A stretch of 62,916 nt of DNA, the filler included, from Reclinomonas americana ATCC 50394 (taxonomy: Eukaryota): NCBI GenBank assembly GCA_048213135.1. It is 17 parts of 17 records of this genome, joined end to end, with 100 filler letters (N's around TTAATTAATTAA, not from the genome) between each part and the next. Parts side by side here need not be neighbours in the genome. Positions count along the whole stretch, not along the records: positions 53,268 to 62,916 come from AFZH01022251.1; 16 more parts are not named here. One strand, given 5' to 3'. This document shows positions 54,341-62,916 of this stretch, in pieces (within the stretch, counting starts at the first letter, position 1; each line of letters opens with the position of its first letter). A program made the position numbers and the translations under genes. The notes beneath the pieces are model-generated. The model saw nothing but the letters and a program-made list of their open reading frames with translations, searched no databases and had not been told where the DNA came from.

Positions 54341-55144
54341 TCAACCGACCCTTTCGTCCGCGAAGATCGTTCGGCCACGTTCTCCCGCGAAATAGGCCTG
54401 GAGCCAGGCGTCGTCATGTGACAGCAGATCGCTGAGCGTTCCGGTCGCGATGACCTTGCCATGTGCGATCGCAGCGATCCTGTCGCAGGTGGCATGGAGG
54501 CTGCTGAGATCGTGGGTGATCATCATCACCGTCAGGTCCAGGCTGTCTCTGAGCGTCAGGATAAGCTCATCGAAGGCATCGGCGGCGATCGGGTCGAGAC
54601 CGGATGTCGGCTCGTCGAGAAAAAGGATCTCGGGATCGAGCGCGAGCGCGCGGGCCAATGCAGCCCGCTTGGTCATGCCGCCCGAGAGTTCCCATGGGTA
54701 TTTGCCTGCGGCATCGAGGGGAAGGCCGACCAGCTCGATCTTCAGCATGGCCATCTCTGCCATGAGGCGCGGCGACAGCTCTAGGCTTTCCCGCATTGGA
54801 AACTGGATATTGTCGGCAACGGTCAGAGAGGAGAACAGGGCGCCGTGCTGGAACATGACGCCGAAGCGCTGCTCCATCGTCCGGCGTTCTCTGGCTGAGA
54901 GCGTATCGACATCCTGCCCGAAGATCTCGATCACGCCGCCGCGCTTTGGCACGAGCCCGAGGATCGTCCGAGCCAGGACCGACTTGCCCGAGCCTGATGC
55001 GCCGATGACGCCGAGGATCTCGCCGCGCGCGATCTCGATATCGAGGCGATCCAGGATCGTCTTGTCGCCAAATCCGACCTCGAGCCCGCGCACGCTGACT
55101 ACGATCTCACGCTGTCGCTGTCCGCCCTGCGTTGTCACCGTCAT
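54341..55144 (-). CDS. MlaF/Mkl-type ABC ATP-binding protein
   Basis: GASGSGKS, FQHGALFSSLTV, LSGGMTKRAALARAL, DEPTSGLDP. Confidence 0.9.
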   Translation of the reverse strand: MTVTTQGGQRQREIVVSVRGLEVGFGDKTILDRLDIEIARGEILGVIGASGSGKSVLARTILGLVPKRGGVIEIFGQDVDTLSARERRTMEQRFGVMFQHGALFSSLTVADNIQFPMRESLELSPRLMAEMAMLKIELVGLPLDAAGKYPWELSGGMTKRAALARALALDPEILFLDEPTSGLDPIAADAFDELILTLRDSLDLTVMMITHDLSSLHATCDRIAAIAHGKVIATGTLSDLLSHDDAWLQAYFAGERGRTIFADERVG

Positions 55145-55584
55145 ATGCCCGTCAGCAGGCGCTCGATCTCCTGGATCGGGTGCTTGGTCAGATCCTTGTC
55201 GATCTCGGCAATGACGGTAGCATGCACGCCATCGTCCAGGCTCTCCCGGAGAGCGGCGAGCATCCGCGGCGGAGCCACCAACACGACACCGTGCGGGCGG
55301 CTGCGATAGAGGGTCCTGAACGCATCGACCGTCTCACGTGCGAATTGCGCCTCCGCCATCTCGTGCCAATCCGTCGCTTCGGCCGCACTGGTCGGGCCGA
55401 AGGCGTTCTGGATGCGCCCGGGACGGTCCGCACCCTGCTTCGCGGTCAATGGATTTGCGGGCGCCTGGATCGCTCGTTCGAGCCGCAGATTCGGAAAGGC
55501 CGCATCGCCCGCATTATGCAGGAACAGCGCCTTGCGGGCGTCGCAGACGAGAATCCAGGCCTTGGGTGGAATGCGCAGTTCCAT
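55141..55584 (-). CDS. Host attachment protein family (AtsE/baeRF12-like)
   Basis: WILVCDARKALFL.N.G, DRPGR, APPRML..LR, KDLTK. Confidence 0.85.
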   Translation of the reverse strand: MELRIPPKAWILVCDARKALFLHNAGDAAFPNLRLERAIQAPANPLTAKQGADRPGRIQNAFGPTSAAEATDWHEMAEAQFARETVDAFRTLYRSRPHGVVLVAPPRMLAALRESLDDGVHATVIAEIDKDLTKHPIQEIERLLTGI

Positions 55585-55653
55585 GGCGTCGATCTCCACA
55601 GCATGCGGCAGCGCCGCCCGTTGCGATGATTTCCGATCGATCGACGGCGTTCA

Positions 55654-55667
55654 TTGATCGAGCGCAA
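55654..55667. promoter_or_regulatory. FNR/FixK box
   Basis: TTGAT-CGAG-CGCAA in a divergent promoter. Confidence 0.75.
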
Positions 55668-55741
55668 AGCCCGGCCGAATGGTCGGTGACCTCATGCAGC
55701 AGCGGGCGTTGCCCTGGTTCGCGGGCATGGGGAGGACTGCG

Positions 55742-56035
55742 ATGCTTAACGGAGAAGGAGTACCGCGCGCTGGCGTACGCCTATCGTTTCATGGCGCGGC
55801 TCAGGCCGTGACCGGATCGTGCTACGCGCTCGAGACCAGCGATGCCCACATCCTCGTCGATTGCGGCATGTTCCAGGGCTCGAAAACGGAGAAGGAGCTG
55901 AACTACAGGCCGTTCCCGTTCAACCCCGCATCGCTCGATGCGGTGCTGTTGACGCACGCCCATATCGATCACAGCGGACTGCTGCCCAAGCTCGCATCTC
56001 GTCCGTCAGGCGCCGGAAACGCTGGTGCGCTTTGA
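55742..56035 (+). pseudogene. Truncated MBL-fold/beta-CASP RNase-like gene
   Basis: [34 protein letters not shown], then an abrupt loss of similarity and a stop. Confidence 0.85.
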
Positions 56036-56267
56036 GGCCAGCAGGCGCCTGATCGCCCTTGGCGGCACGATGCCCGACGCCAAGGCCGCACCGCGTCCAA
56101 AAATGAGCGATCCTGGACACCTCGCCCCTCTTGCGAAGGCATGGCACTGTCGGCATGCCGGCATGATCTAACGCGCAAGTCGGGTCGCAGGCGGACATTC
56201 GCCGAACCCCGGTGGCTGGATTGCAATGCGGGACATGAGCCTCTGGCTTCCAGCGTAAAGCGTGAAG

Positions 56268-57254
56268 TCAGCCCAGGTGCCGGAGCCAGTTCGCCAGGCT
56301 GCCGTCGTCCGCGTCGAGCGAAGGCGACAGGCGCAGATGCGCGGCATCGCGCGGCGCGATACCGAACTGTGCCTTGAAAGCGCGCGAGAAGGCATCGTCG
56401 CTCGAAAAGCCGAACTGACGCGCAATCTTCCCGATGCCGCCCCTTCCGCGCGTTGAAGCATTGAGCGCCAGACGCGCTCGCGCCAGACGGCGCTGGCGGA
56501 TGTAGTCAGAGACACCGCCGATCGGGGCGAAGAGACGGTAGAGCGCCGAACGCGACAGGCCGAATGCGCTGCAAAGCATCCTGGTATCCAGGGCGGGATC
56601 GCCGATCCGGCGATCGATGAAGCGACAGATCATCACCATGGTCGCCGTCAGCGTTGCCGGAGCCTCACTCTCGCGCATCAACGCTGGAGAGAGACAGGCC
56701 GACAGCAGTTGTGCGCTGGCCTTGGCGATGTCGGGGGCTGCTGTCGCTTCGAGCGTGGGCGCTGCCTTCAGCAGGCTGCGCAGATGGTCACCTGCCAGCG
56801 AGCCGAGCGGGCTCGCCCCGGACAGGACGGTGCCATGCACCCGGTCCAGACTGCCGACATCAAGCGCGAGTAGGCTGCGCGGCAACACCAGGTTGACCGC
56901 CCGCATGTCGGAGGCATGCGAGCGCACGGGACGGGACAGGTCGAAAATCACGACGTCGCCCGGGCCGGCGTGGACCTCCTCCCCATCCAGGTCGAGCGTC
57001 GTATGACCCGCCTCATAGCGCTGGATCAGCAGGTGGTCGACGCCGACCGCGCCGATCAGGCTTTCCGAGCGTTCGTAATGCTGGGCGCTCGTCGACACCT
57101 GCCCGACCAGTGCCGTGCTCAGGTGGTGGCGATCGAGCTCGGCATGGAAACCGGCATCCCAGTCGCCCGCAAGCGGCCGAACGTCGAAGATCGGCGCAAT
57201 GGTCTCGCGCCAGCTCCCGAAACGCTGCCGCGCGTGATCGCCTTCGCTGCCCAT
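56268..57254 (-). CDS. AraC-family regulator (FeaR-like N-domain)
   Basis: SRSALYRLF..GGVSDYIRQRRL, FGFSS..AFSRAFKAQFGIAP. Confidence 0.92.
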   Translation of the reverse strand: MGSEGDHARQRFGSWRETIAPIFDVRPLAGDWDAGFHAELDRHHLSTALVGQVSTSAQHYERSESLIGAVGVDHLLIQRYEAGHTTLDLDGEEVHAGPGDVVIFDLSRPVRSHASDMRAVNLVLPRSLLALDVGSLDRVHGTVLSGASPLGSLAGDHLRSLLKAAPTLEATAAPDIAKASAQLLSACLSPALMRESEAPATLTATMVMICRFIDRRIGDPALDTRMLCSAFGLSRSALYRLFAPIGGVSDYIRQRRLARARLALNASTRGRGGIGKIARQFGFSSDDAFSRAFKAQFGIAPRDAAHLRLSPSLDADDGSLANWLRHLG

Positions 57255-57486
57255 GGCCCAGCCTGCCCACCCTCTCGCAGCGCCGCCCGTTACCAAGGCG
57301 TTCGCGACGTTTTCTAGACGAAAGAGAGCTGCGATAACGTAAATGGGCCGATGAGAGAGCACTGATACGTCGCCCCGGATGATTGGGACGCAGCGTCGCC
57401 TTTCCGCCGTCTCCCCGATTTTCGTTCCATGTTACGCGCCGAACGACCGGTCCACGCCTGCTGGACCACGTTGACGAGCCTTGCCT

Positions 57487-60400
57487 ATGCCGATTATCGC
57501 CGCGCGCCGCGCCGTTCTTCGCTGCCTCTGCGCGACCGTGGCGTCGCTTCTTGCCGCTCTCATGCCGGTTGTCGCTTCGGCATCGGATCGACCCGCGCTG
57601 CCGGACGCGTTTTCCGGCCTCCCGGTCCGCAATCTCCCGCGTGCCGCAACGCTCCCCGCGCCCGCGTATTTCGCGACACCCGAATACAACGCCAATTACG
57701 GCCTGGCGCAGATCAACGCCGCCGACGCCTATGCGCTTGGACTCAGCGGCAAGGGCGTACTGGTTGCGGTGGTCGACAGCGGCATCGACCTCACGCATCC
57801 CGAATTTGCCGGCCGGCTCTCGCCGCTGTCGCGCAATTTCGGCTTCGACCTGCCCGGTCCGAACGACATTCTCGATCGGGACAGGTTCTCGCACGGAACC
57901 CATGTGGCCGGGACGATCGCCGCCGCGAAAGACGGCCGCGGCATGCATGGCGTCGCCTACAATGCCGAAATCCTGGCCTTGCGCGCGATCACCCCGAGCG
58001 GCGGGGACACGGCTGCCGCCATCCGCTATGCGAGCGAGCACGGCGCGAAGGTTCTGAACGGCAGCTATGGCCCCGTCTATCCTGCCCTGACCCTGCCGGA
58101 CGGCAGCCCGAACCCGGACTACAGCCTCGTCCCGATCCAGCCCTACCATGTCAACGGCACCTTTGCCGAGGTCTCGGCCATTCGTCAGGCGGGCGCTGCG
58201 GATATGGTCATGGTCTTCGCCGCCGGCAATGAGCGCGAGGACCAGCCGGTGATCGCGCGCAATCCGACGGGAGCAGCCTTCTATCCTGCGATCCGGCCGG
58301 AGAACGCCGGCAAGAATCTCTATGTCTTCCTCGACGGCAATGGCGACCCGGTCAGTTCGAGCAGCCTCAACTATTCGGACCTCCAACCCTACACGATCGC
58401 CGTCGTCGCGGTGGATCGTGATCGCAAGATCGCGTCGTTCAGCAACTATTGCGGCATTGCCGCCGCCTGGTGCCTTGCCGCGCCCGGTGTCGGGATTCTC
58501 TCGAGCGTGACCCCGGCCAATGGCAGCTCCCCGACGGAGCCATACAATCTGTCCAGCGGCACCTCGATGGCCGCTCCGCATGTGGCAGGCGCCGCCGCCC
58601 TCGTTCGCGAGGCGTTTCCGTTCATGACCGCGCCGCAGGTGGTCCAGTCCATCCTCACCACGGCGACCGATCTCGGATCGCCCGAGATCTATGGCTGGGG
58701 CCTGCTCAATGTCGGCAAGGCGGTGCGCGGCCCCGGCCAGTTCGTGCAGACCTTCGATGTCGACACCAAGGGCTATTCGGCGACTTTCGGCAACGACATC
58801 ACCGGCGCGGGCGGGCTGGTCAAGCGCGGCGATGGCCGGCTCGAACTGAGCGGTCGCAACACTTATGCGGGAGGTACCTCCGTCGTTGGGGGAACGCTTG
58901 CGCTGAACGGCTCCGTTGCGTCGACGGTCTCGATCGGCCAGCAGGGAACCTTGCGCGGCACGGGCTCGATCGAGGCGGGCCTGTTCAGCGCCGGCACGGT
59001 CATGCCCGGCAACTCCCCCGGCACGCTGTTCGTTAAGGGGCCGGTGAGATTCGGCGGCACAAGCCGCTTCGTCCTCGACATCGACGGAACCGGCACGGGC
59101 AACGGCGCAGGCAACTATTCGCGTCTCGTCGCGCAAACCGCTTCGGGGCATGTTACCGTCGATGGGCGGATCGGCCCCGTGCTGCGCGGCATCGCCGGCG
59201 ATGCGAGCAACAGCTTTGCGCCCGTGACCGGAACCGCCTTCCAGGTTCTGGTGGCCGAGGGAGGCCTGAGCGGCAGCTTCACCGGGCTGGACCAGCCGGC
59301 CAATGGCTTGCCTGCCAACGCCCGCTTCGACGCCCTTTATGGCGCAACGGGGCTGTCGCTGATCGTGACGCCCAGTTCCTATGCCGCGCTCGCGGGCCTG
59401 AACGGCAATGCTTCCTCGGTCGCACGGGCGCTCGATTCCGTGCGGCCAGCCGCCGGGACGCGCCCCGATGCCGCGCGGCAGGAGGTGTTCGACGCACTCT
59501 ACACGTCCGCACCAGGCACGCTACCCGGTGGGCTGAGCTCACTGTCCGGGCAGAACTATGCCGATGCGCGCATGGCGATGATGAACGCTCAGCGGACGGT
59601 CAGCGCGGCTCTCGATCAGCGCCTGACAGCCGGTTGGCCCTCCCGATACGCTCAGCTCACCGGGCTGGGAGCGGCGAGCTATGCCGGCCTTGGCAGTGCT
59701 TCGGTCGAGGCCGGGCGAGTGCAGCCGGCCAGCAACGGCGCGCTCTGGGGGCAGGCCCTCTACGGTTTCGGGCGGACGGGAGGAGACACGAACAGAACGG
59801 GTTCGAGCTTCGGCCTCGCCGGCGCGATGATCGGTGCGGAAACCGCCTTGCGGACCGGTACGATCGGCGCCGCCGTGGGATACACGCGCTCGAACGGAGA
59901 CCCGAAGGCCAATGCGGCCGGCCGCGTCGCGCTCGACAGCTACAGTCTGGCGACCTATGGCCGCGCCGATTTCGGTGCCCTGACGCTACGCGGCTCGATC
60001 GGCGCCAACTATGGCAAGACGGACGTTCGCAGAACGATCCAGCTCGGCAATGCCCAGCGGATCGCGCATGGCGAGGCTGACAGCTACGGCTTCTTCGGCA
60101 ATGCCATCGCCGGATATCGCCTCGCTTCCGTCGCCGGCCTCGATCTGTCGCCTGAAGCCGGAATCAGCCTGCTTCATTCCCGACAGGATGGTCTGACCGA
60201 AACACAGGCCGGAGCCTTCGCGCTGACCCTGCGTGGTCAAAACTCGACCTCCGCGCGTTCCCTGGCAGGCGCCCGGCTGTCGACGCCCCTGGCCGGCGAC
60301 GCCAAGCTGCGTCTCGACCTCAAGGCCTACTGGTCCCATGAGTTCGCCGACAACGTCGCGGTCCTGCAGGCGAGCCTGCTGGGTGCGGGCATCGTGACGC

Positions 60401-60555
60401 GGAGCCCGGGCGCGGCGCGGGACGGAGCGGTGATCGGTGCAAGCCTGTCGGGCTTCGTCACCCCGCAGATCGAGGTGTCCGGTTCCTATGACGGCGACCT
60501 GCGGCTGGGCGCCACGACCCACCGCTTCTCTTTCCAGGCGATGACCCGCTGGTAG
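57487..60555 (+). CDS. Subtilisin (S8) autotransporter
   Basis: Catalytic residues VVDSG, HGTHVAG, FAAGN, GTSMAAPHV; passenger repeat GGLVKRG.G.L.LSG.NTY.GGT; C-terminal barrel ending in W. Confidence 0.95.
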   Translation: MPIIAARRAVLRCLCATVASLLAALMPVVASASDRPALPDAFSGLPVRNLPRAATLPAPAYFATPEYNANYGLAQINAADAYALGLSGKGVLVAVVDSGIDLTHPEFAGRLSPLSRNFGFDLPGPNDILDRDRFSHGTHVAGTIAAAKDGRGMHGVAYNAEILALRAITPSGGDTAAAIRYASEHGAKVLNGSYGPVYPALTLPDGSPNPDYSLVPIQPYHVNGTFAEVSAIRQAGAADMVMVFAAGNEREDQPVIARNPTGAAFYPAIRPENAGKNLYVFLDGNGDPVSSSSLNYSDLQPYTIAVVAVDRDRKIASFSNYCGIAAAWCLAAPGVGILSSVTPANGSSPTEPYNLSSGTSMAAPHVAGAAALVREAFPFMTAPQVVQSILTTATDLGSPEIYGWGLLNVGKAVRGPGQFVQTFDVDTKGYSATFGNDITGAGGLVKRGDGRLELSGRNTYAGGTSVVGGTLALNGSVASTVSIGQQGTLRGTGSIEAGLFSAGTVMPGNSPGTLFVKGPVRFGGTSRFVLDIDGTGTGNGAGNYSRLVAQTASGHVTVDGRIGPVLRGIAGDASNSFAPVTGTAFQVLVAEGGLSGSFTGLDQPANGLPANARFDALYGATGLSLIVTPSSYAALAGLNGNASSVARALDSVRPAAGTRPDAARQEVFDALYTSAPGTLPGGLSSLSGQNYADARMAMMNAQRTVSAALDQRLTAGWPSRYAQLTGLGAASYAGLGSASVEAGRVQPASNGALWGQALYGFGRTGGDTNRTGSSFGLAGAMIGAETALRTGTIGAAVGYTRSNGDPKANAAGRVALDSYSLATYGRADFGALTLRGSIGANYGKTDVRRTIQLGNAQRIAHGEADSYGFFGNAIAGYRLASVAGLDLSPEAGISLLHSRQDGLTETQAGAFALTLRGQNSTSARSLAGARLSTPLAGDAKLRLDLKAYWSHEFADNVAVLQASLLGAGIVTRSPGAARDGAVIGASLSGFVTPQIEVSGSYDGDLRLGATTHRFSFQAMTRW

Positions 60556-60572
60556 GCCGACCGGAGATGCCC

Positions 60573-61538
60573 ATGCCGTCCTCCTTCGCACGACGCCTGC
60601 TGGGCGCCGGTCTGCCCGCTCTCCTCCTCGCCTGCATCCTCGGGGCCATGCTCTGGCACCAGCATCGCAGTGTCGAGCAGGTCGCGTCTCGCAGCCGCGA
60701 GGAGCAAATGCGGCTCGTCGGGACCTTGCTCGGATCGAGCTTCGATCAGGCTGCCAAGTCCTCGCTCTCGCTCGCCGAATCCTTCGCGCGCAATGCCGAG
60801 ATTCGCGACGCACTCGCGGCCGAGGATCGCACTCGGCTACAGGCCCTGTCGCAGGATGCCTACCAGTATCTCAGCAGGCAAGCGAGCGTGCAGATCTTCG
60901 GCTTTCACAACAGGGAGCTGCGCTACCTGCTGCGCATGCATCGCCCCGATCAGCACGGCGACGACATATCCGCCTTCCGGGCGATGATCGTGGCCGCCAA
61001 CCGGCTGCGGCGTGCCCAGACCGGGATCGAGATCGGTATCGCCGGCATCGGCATCCGCGGTGTCGCGCTGGTCCAGCGTGGTTCGGAGTTCTTAGGGACG
61101 ATGGAAGTAGGGCTCGACATCCGGCCTTTGATCGAGCTCGTCAAGACGGCGACCAACGGCGAGATCGCGGTGGTCGCCGCAGCCTCGCTTACCGGCGTCG
61201 CGCTCGACCCGAAATTGCCTGCGGTCGGCGGCCTCAGCATCATGGCATCGACCGACGACCAGCTTTTCCTGAAGCTGTTGCGCGCCCAGGGAACGCAGCC
61301 GCAGCGGGATGTCGAGTTCGGTCGCAGGCGGATCGACGAACGCAGCTACGCGTTCATGAGCCAGCCATTGGTCGACTTCTCCGGCAAGCTGGTCGGAACC
61401 GTCCTGATGCTCAAGGAAGAGACCTGGTCCGACTGGCGCCGCTTGAGCACCGAGCTATCGGTCATCGCGCTTTGCGGGGGCATTCTCGCGTTTGTCGGCT
61501 TTCTCGTGTTGTCGCGTGCGCGGCGAGCGGGTTCATGA
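60573..61538 (+). CDS. Stand-alone membrane-anchored dCache_3-type sensor
   Basis: TM, then LLRMHRPDQHGDDISAFR..VAAN..GIEIG..GIRG, then TM and a short basic tail. SD spacing favours the ATG at 60573. Confidence 0.85.
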   Translation: MPSSFARRLLGAGLPALLLACILGAMLWHQHRSVEQVASRSREEQMRLVGTLLGSSFDQAAKSSLSLAESFARNAEIRDALAAEDRTRLQALSQDAYQYLSRQASVQIFGFHNRELRYLLRMHRPDQHGDDISAFRAMIVAANRLRRAQTGIEIGIAGIGIRGVALVQRGSEFLGTMEVGLDIRPLIELVKTATNGEIAVVAAASLTGVALDPKLPAVGGLSIMASTDDQLFLKLLRAQGTQPQRDVEFGRRRIDERSYAFMSQPLVDFSGKLVGTVLMLKEETWSDWRRLSTELSVIALCGGILAFVGFLVLSRARRAGS

Positions 61539-62605
61539 TCGGCCGCCTGCTTCTCCTCTCCCTGATCGTCCTCGGCCTCGCTCAAGGCGCATCGGGCGAG
61601 GAAAGAACGGGCAGTAGCAAGGCCACGCTGCCGGAGGCCTTCGGCCTGCCCGTACGCGTCCATATTGCGCTACGCGTGCTCAACGTCCTGGAGATCAAGG
61701 AAGTCTCAGGGCAAGGGCGCTTGCATCTGGAACTGACCCAGCGCTGGCAGGATCCGCGCCTGGCCTTCGACGCTGTCGCGCGCGGCCTTGCCCGGGAGGA
61801 TCGGGTGGGCGAGGAGGCCGACGACTATCTGAAGACCATCTGGTCGCCTGGCCTCGCGCTCGACAACCAGATCGGAGACAAGGACGCGCGCATCGTCGCC
61901 CTTTCAGTGCATGCCGATGGCGAGGTGGTGGTGATCGAGCGCTTCGAAAGCGATTTTCGCTTTCGAATGAACATGGATGCCTTTCCCTTCGACCGACAGA
62001 ACCTGACGATCGGGCTCTCGCTGCCCCGTTACGCGCAGCAGGAGGCGATCGTTCTGACGACGGAGGCCGACCGCCCCTTCTCAGGCGTCGAGGGTACGCT
62101 CTCGGTCGTCGACTGGCGGCCTGTAGGCCTGCGCTTCAGCAACGATCTCGCGATTGGTTGGAACGCGCGCTCCTATTCGCGCCTCAACGCGACCGTGACG
62201 ATCGCGCGCTATGCGGAGCGCTATCATCTGCGCATCTTCGTTCCCATCATCGCGGTCCTCGCCGTCTCGCTGTTCGTGCTGTGGTCTCCAGGTTTGAAGG
62301 AGCAGGACAAGGGCGGCTTGATCTTCTCGTCATTGCTGGCCCTGGCCGCGATCAGCTTCACCTTCGAATCCTCTTTTCCGGGCTCGATCTCGCTCAATAC
62401 CCCCGTCGCCGAGATGATATCGCTCGGATACCTCTACCTCGTCGCCGTTCTGATGTTCGAGATCGCCTTGTCAGTCGCGATCGCTCACCCTCACTTCCGC
62501 TTGCGCGACCAGGCTGCGGATTTGCGCTGGCACCTGCGCTGGGCGGTACCGGCGATCATGTTGACCATCTGCATCGGGGCAGCGGTCCGCGCCCTGCCCG
62601 GATAG
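61535..62605 (+). CDS. Prokaryotic pentameric ligand-gated ion channel (ELIC/GLIC-like)
   Basis: Signal peptide, PVRV, WQDPRL, IWSP, MDAFPFDRQ (Pro-loop), YSRL...R, four TM helices, M1 proline, M2-M3 FP. Confidence 0.9.
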   Translation: MIGRLLLLSLIVLGLAQGASGEERTGSSKATLPEAFGLPVRVHIALRVLNVLEIKEVSGQGRLHLELTQRWQDPRLAFDAVARGLAREDRVGEEADDYLKTIWSPGLALDNQIGDKDARIVALSVHADGEVVVIERFESDFRFRMNMDAFPFDRQNLTIGLSLPRYAQQEAIVLTTEADRPFSGVEGTLSVVDWRPVGLRFSNDLAIGWNARSYSRLNATVTIARYAERYHLRIFVPIIAVLAVSLFVLWSPGLKEQDKGGLIFSSLLALAAISFTFESSFPGSISLNTPVAEMISLGYLYLVAVLMFEIALSVAIAHPHFRLRDQAADLRWHLRWAVPAIMLTICIGAAVRALPG

Positions 62606-62916
62606 CTTCACCATTCGGCTTGGGGCCTCGCTCGAGCAGCATCCCGCGATATTCAGGCTATCGGAAGCCACCCGGATGGAGATGCGCCTGCACGGTGAGA
62701 GGCCGCATTCGAGCGACCGGTAATGCGAGGCGAATACGCCGATCGAGAACTCCCTGCGTCGGTTCCGGGTCATCGCGGGATTGACCAGCGAGGTCTGCTT
62801 TCGGGCGGACCTCGAATTTCTGCTTATAGCGCGAGTCGCCCGTTGTCAGACTCCTTCGGCCGCGGCGGTGCTTGCCGCCAGGCAGCCATCGGTCGTTCTG
62901 ACATTGCCGGAGCAAG

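Noticed and set aside
55742..56035. Metallo-beta-lactamase resistance gene
   Set aside because: The motifs are those of the beta-CASP RNase-like group, and the gene is truncated.
57013..59151. 712-aa minus-strand ORF
   Set aside because: Mostly an antisense shadow of the autotransporter.

Overview
This window is not contiguous DNA. It is 17 contigs joined by identical 100-nt artificial spacers (44 N + TTAATTAATTAA + 44 N). Contig 1 (1-3934) is eukaryotic: a 10-exon 5' part of MSH2 with tiny introns, head-to-head with a spliced 4-TM membrane protein gene, plus a (GAGT)n microsatellite. Contigs 2-17 are GC-rich alphaproteobacterial DNA (Hyphomicrobiales-like; the genus is an inference). They carry nitrate-reductase and molybdenum-cofactor genes, chemoreceptors, a general-stress locus, ureF-nikR-Ni ABC transporter, several efflux systems, and a large microoxia island (fixL-fixJ-fixT-like-fixK, three USPs, ADHs, pta/ackA, P1B-5 ATPase) with about ten FNR/FixK boxes. 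The best candidate for a new system is at the right end: a divergent AraC regulator faces an operon encoding a subtilisin autotransporter, a stand-alone membrane-anchored dCache_3 sensor with no cytoplasmic output domain, and a translationally coupled prokaryotic pentameric ligand-gated ion channel (ELIC/GLIC-like). All family calls come from motifs recognised by eye; no database search was run.
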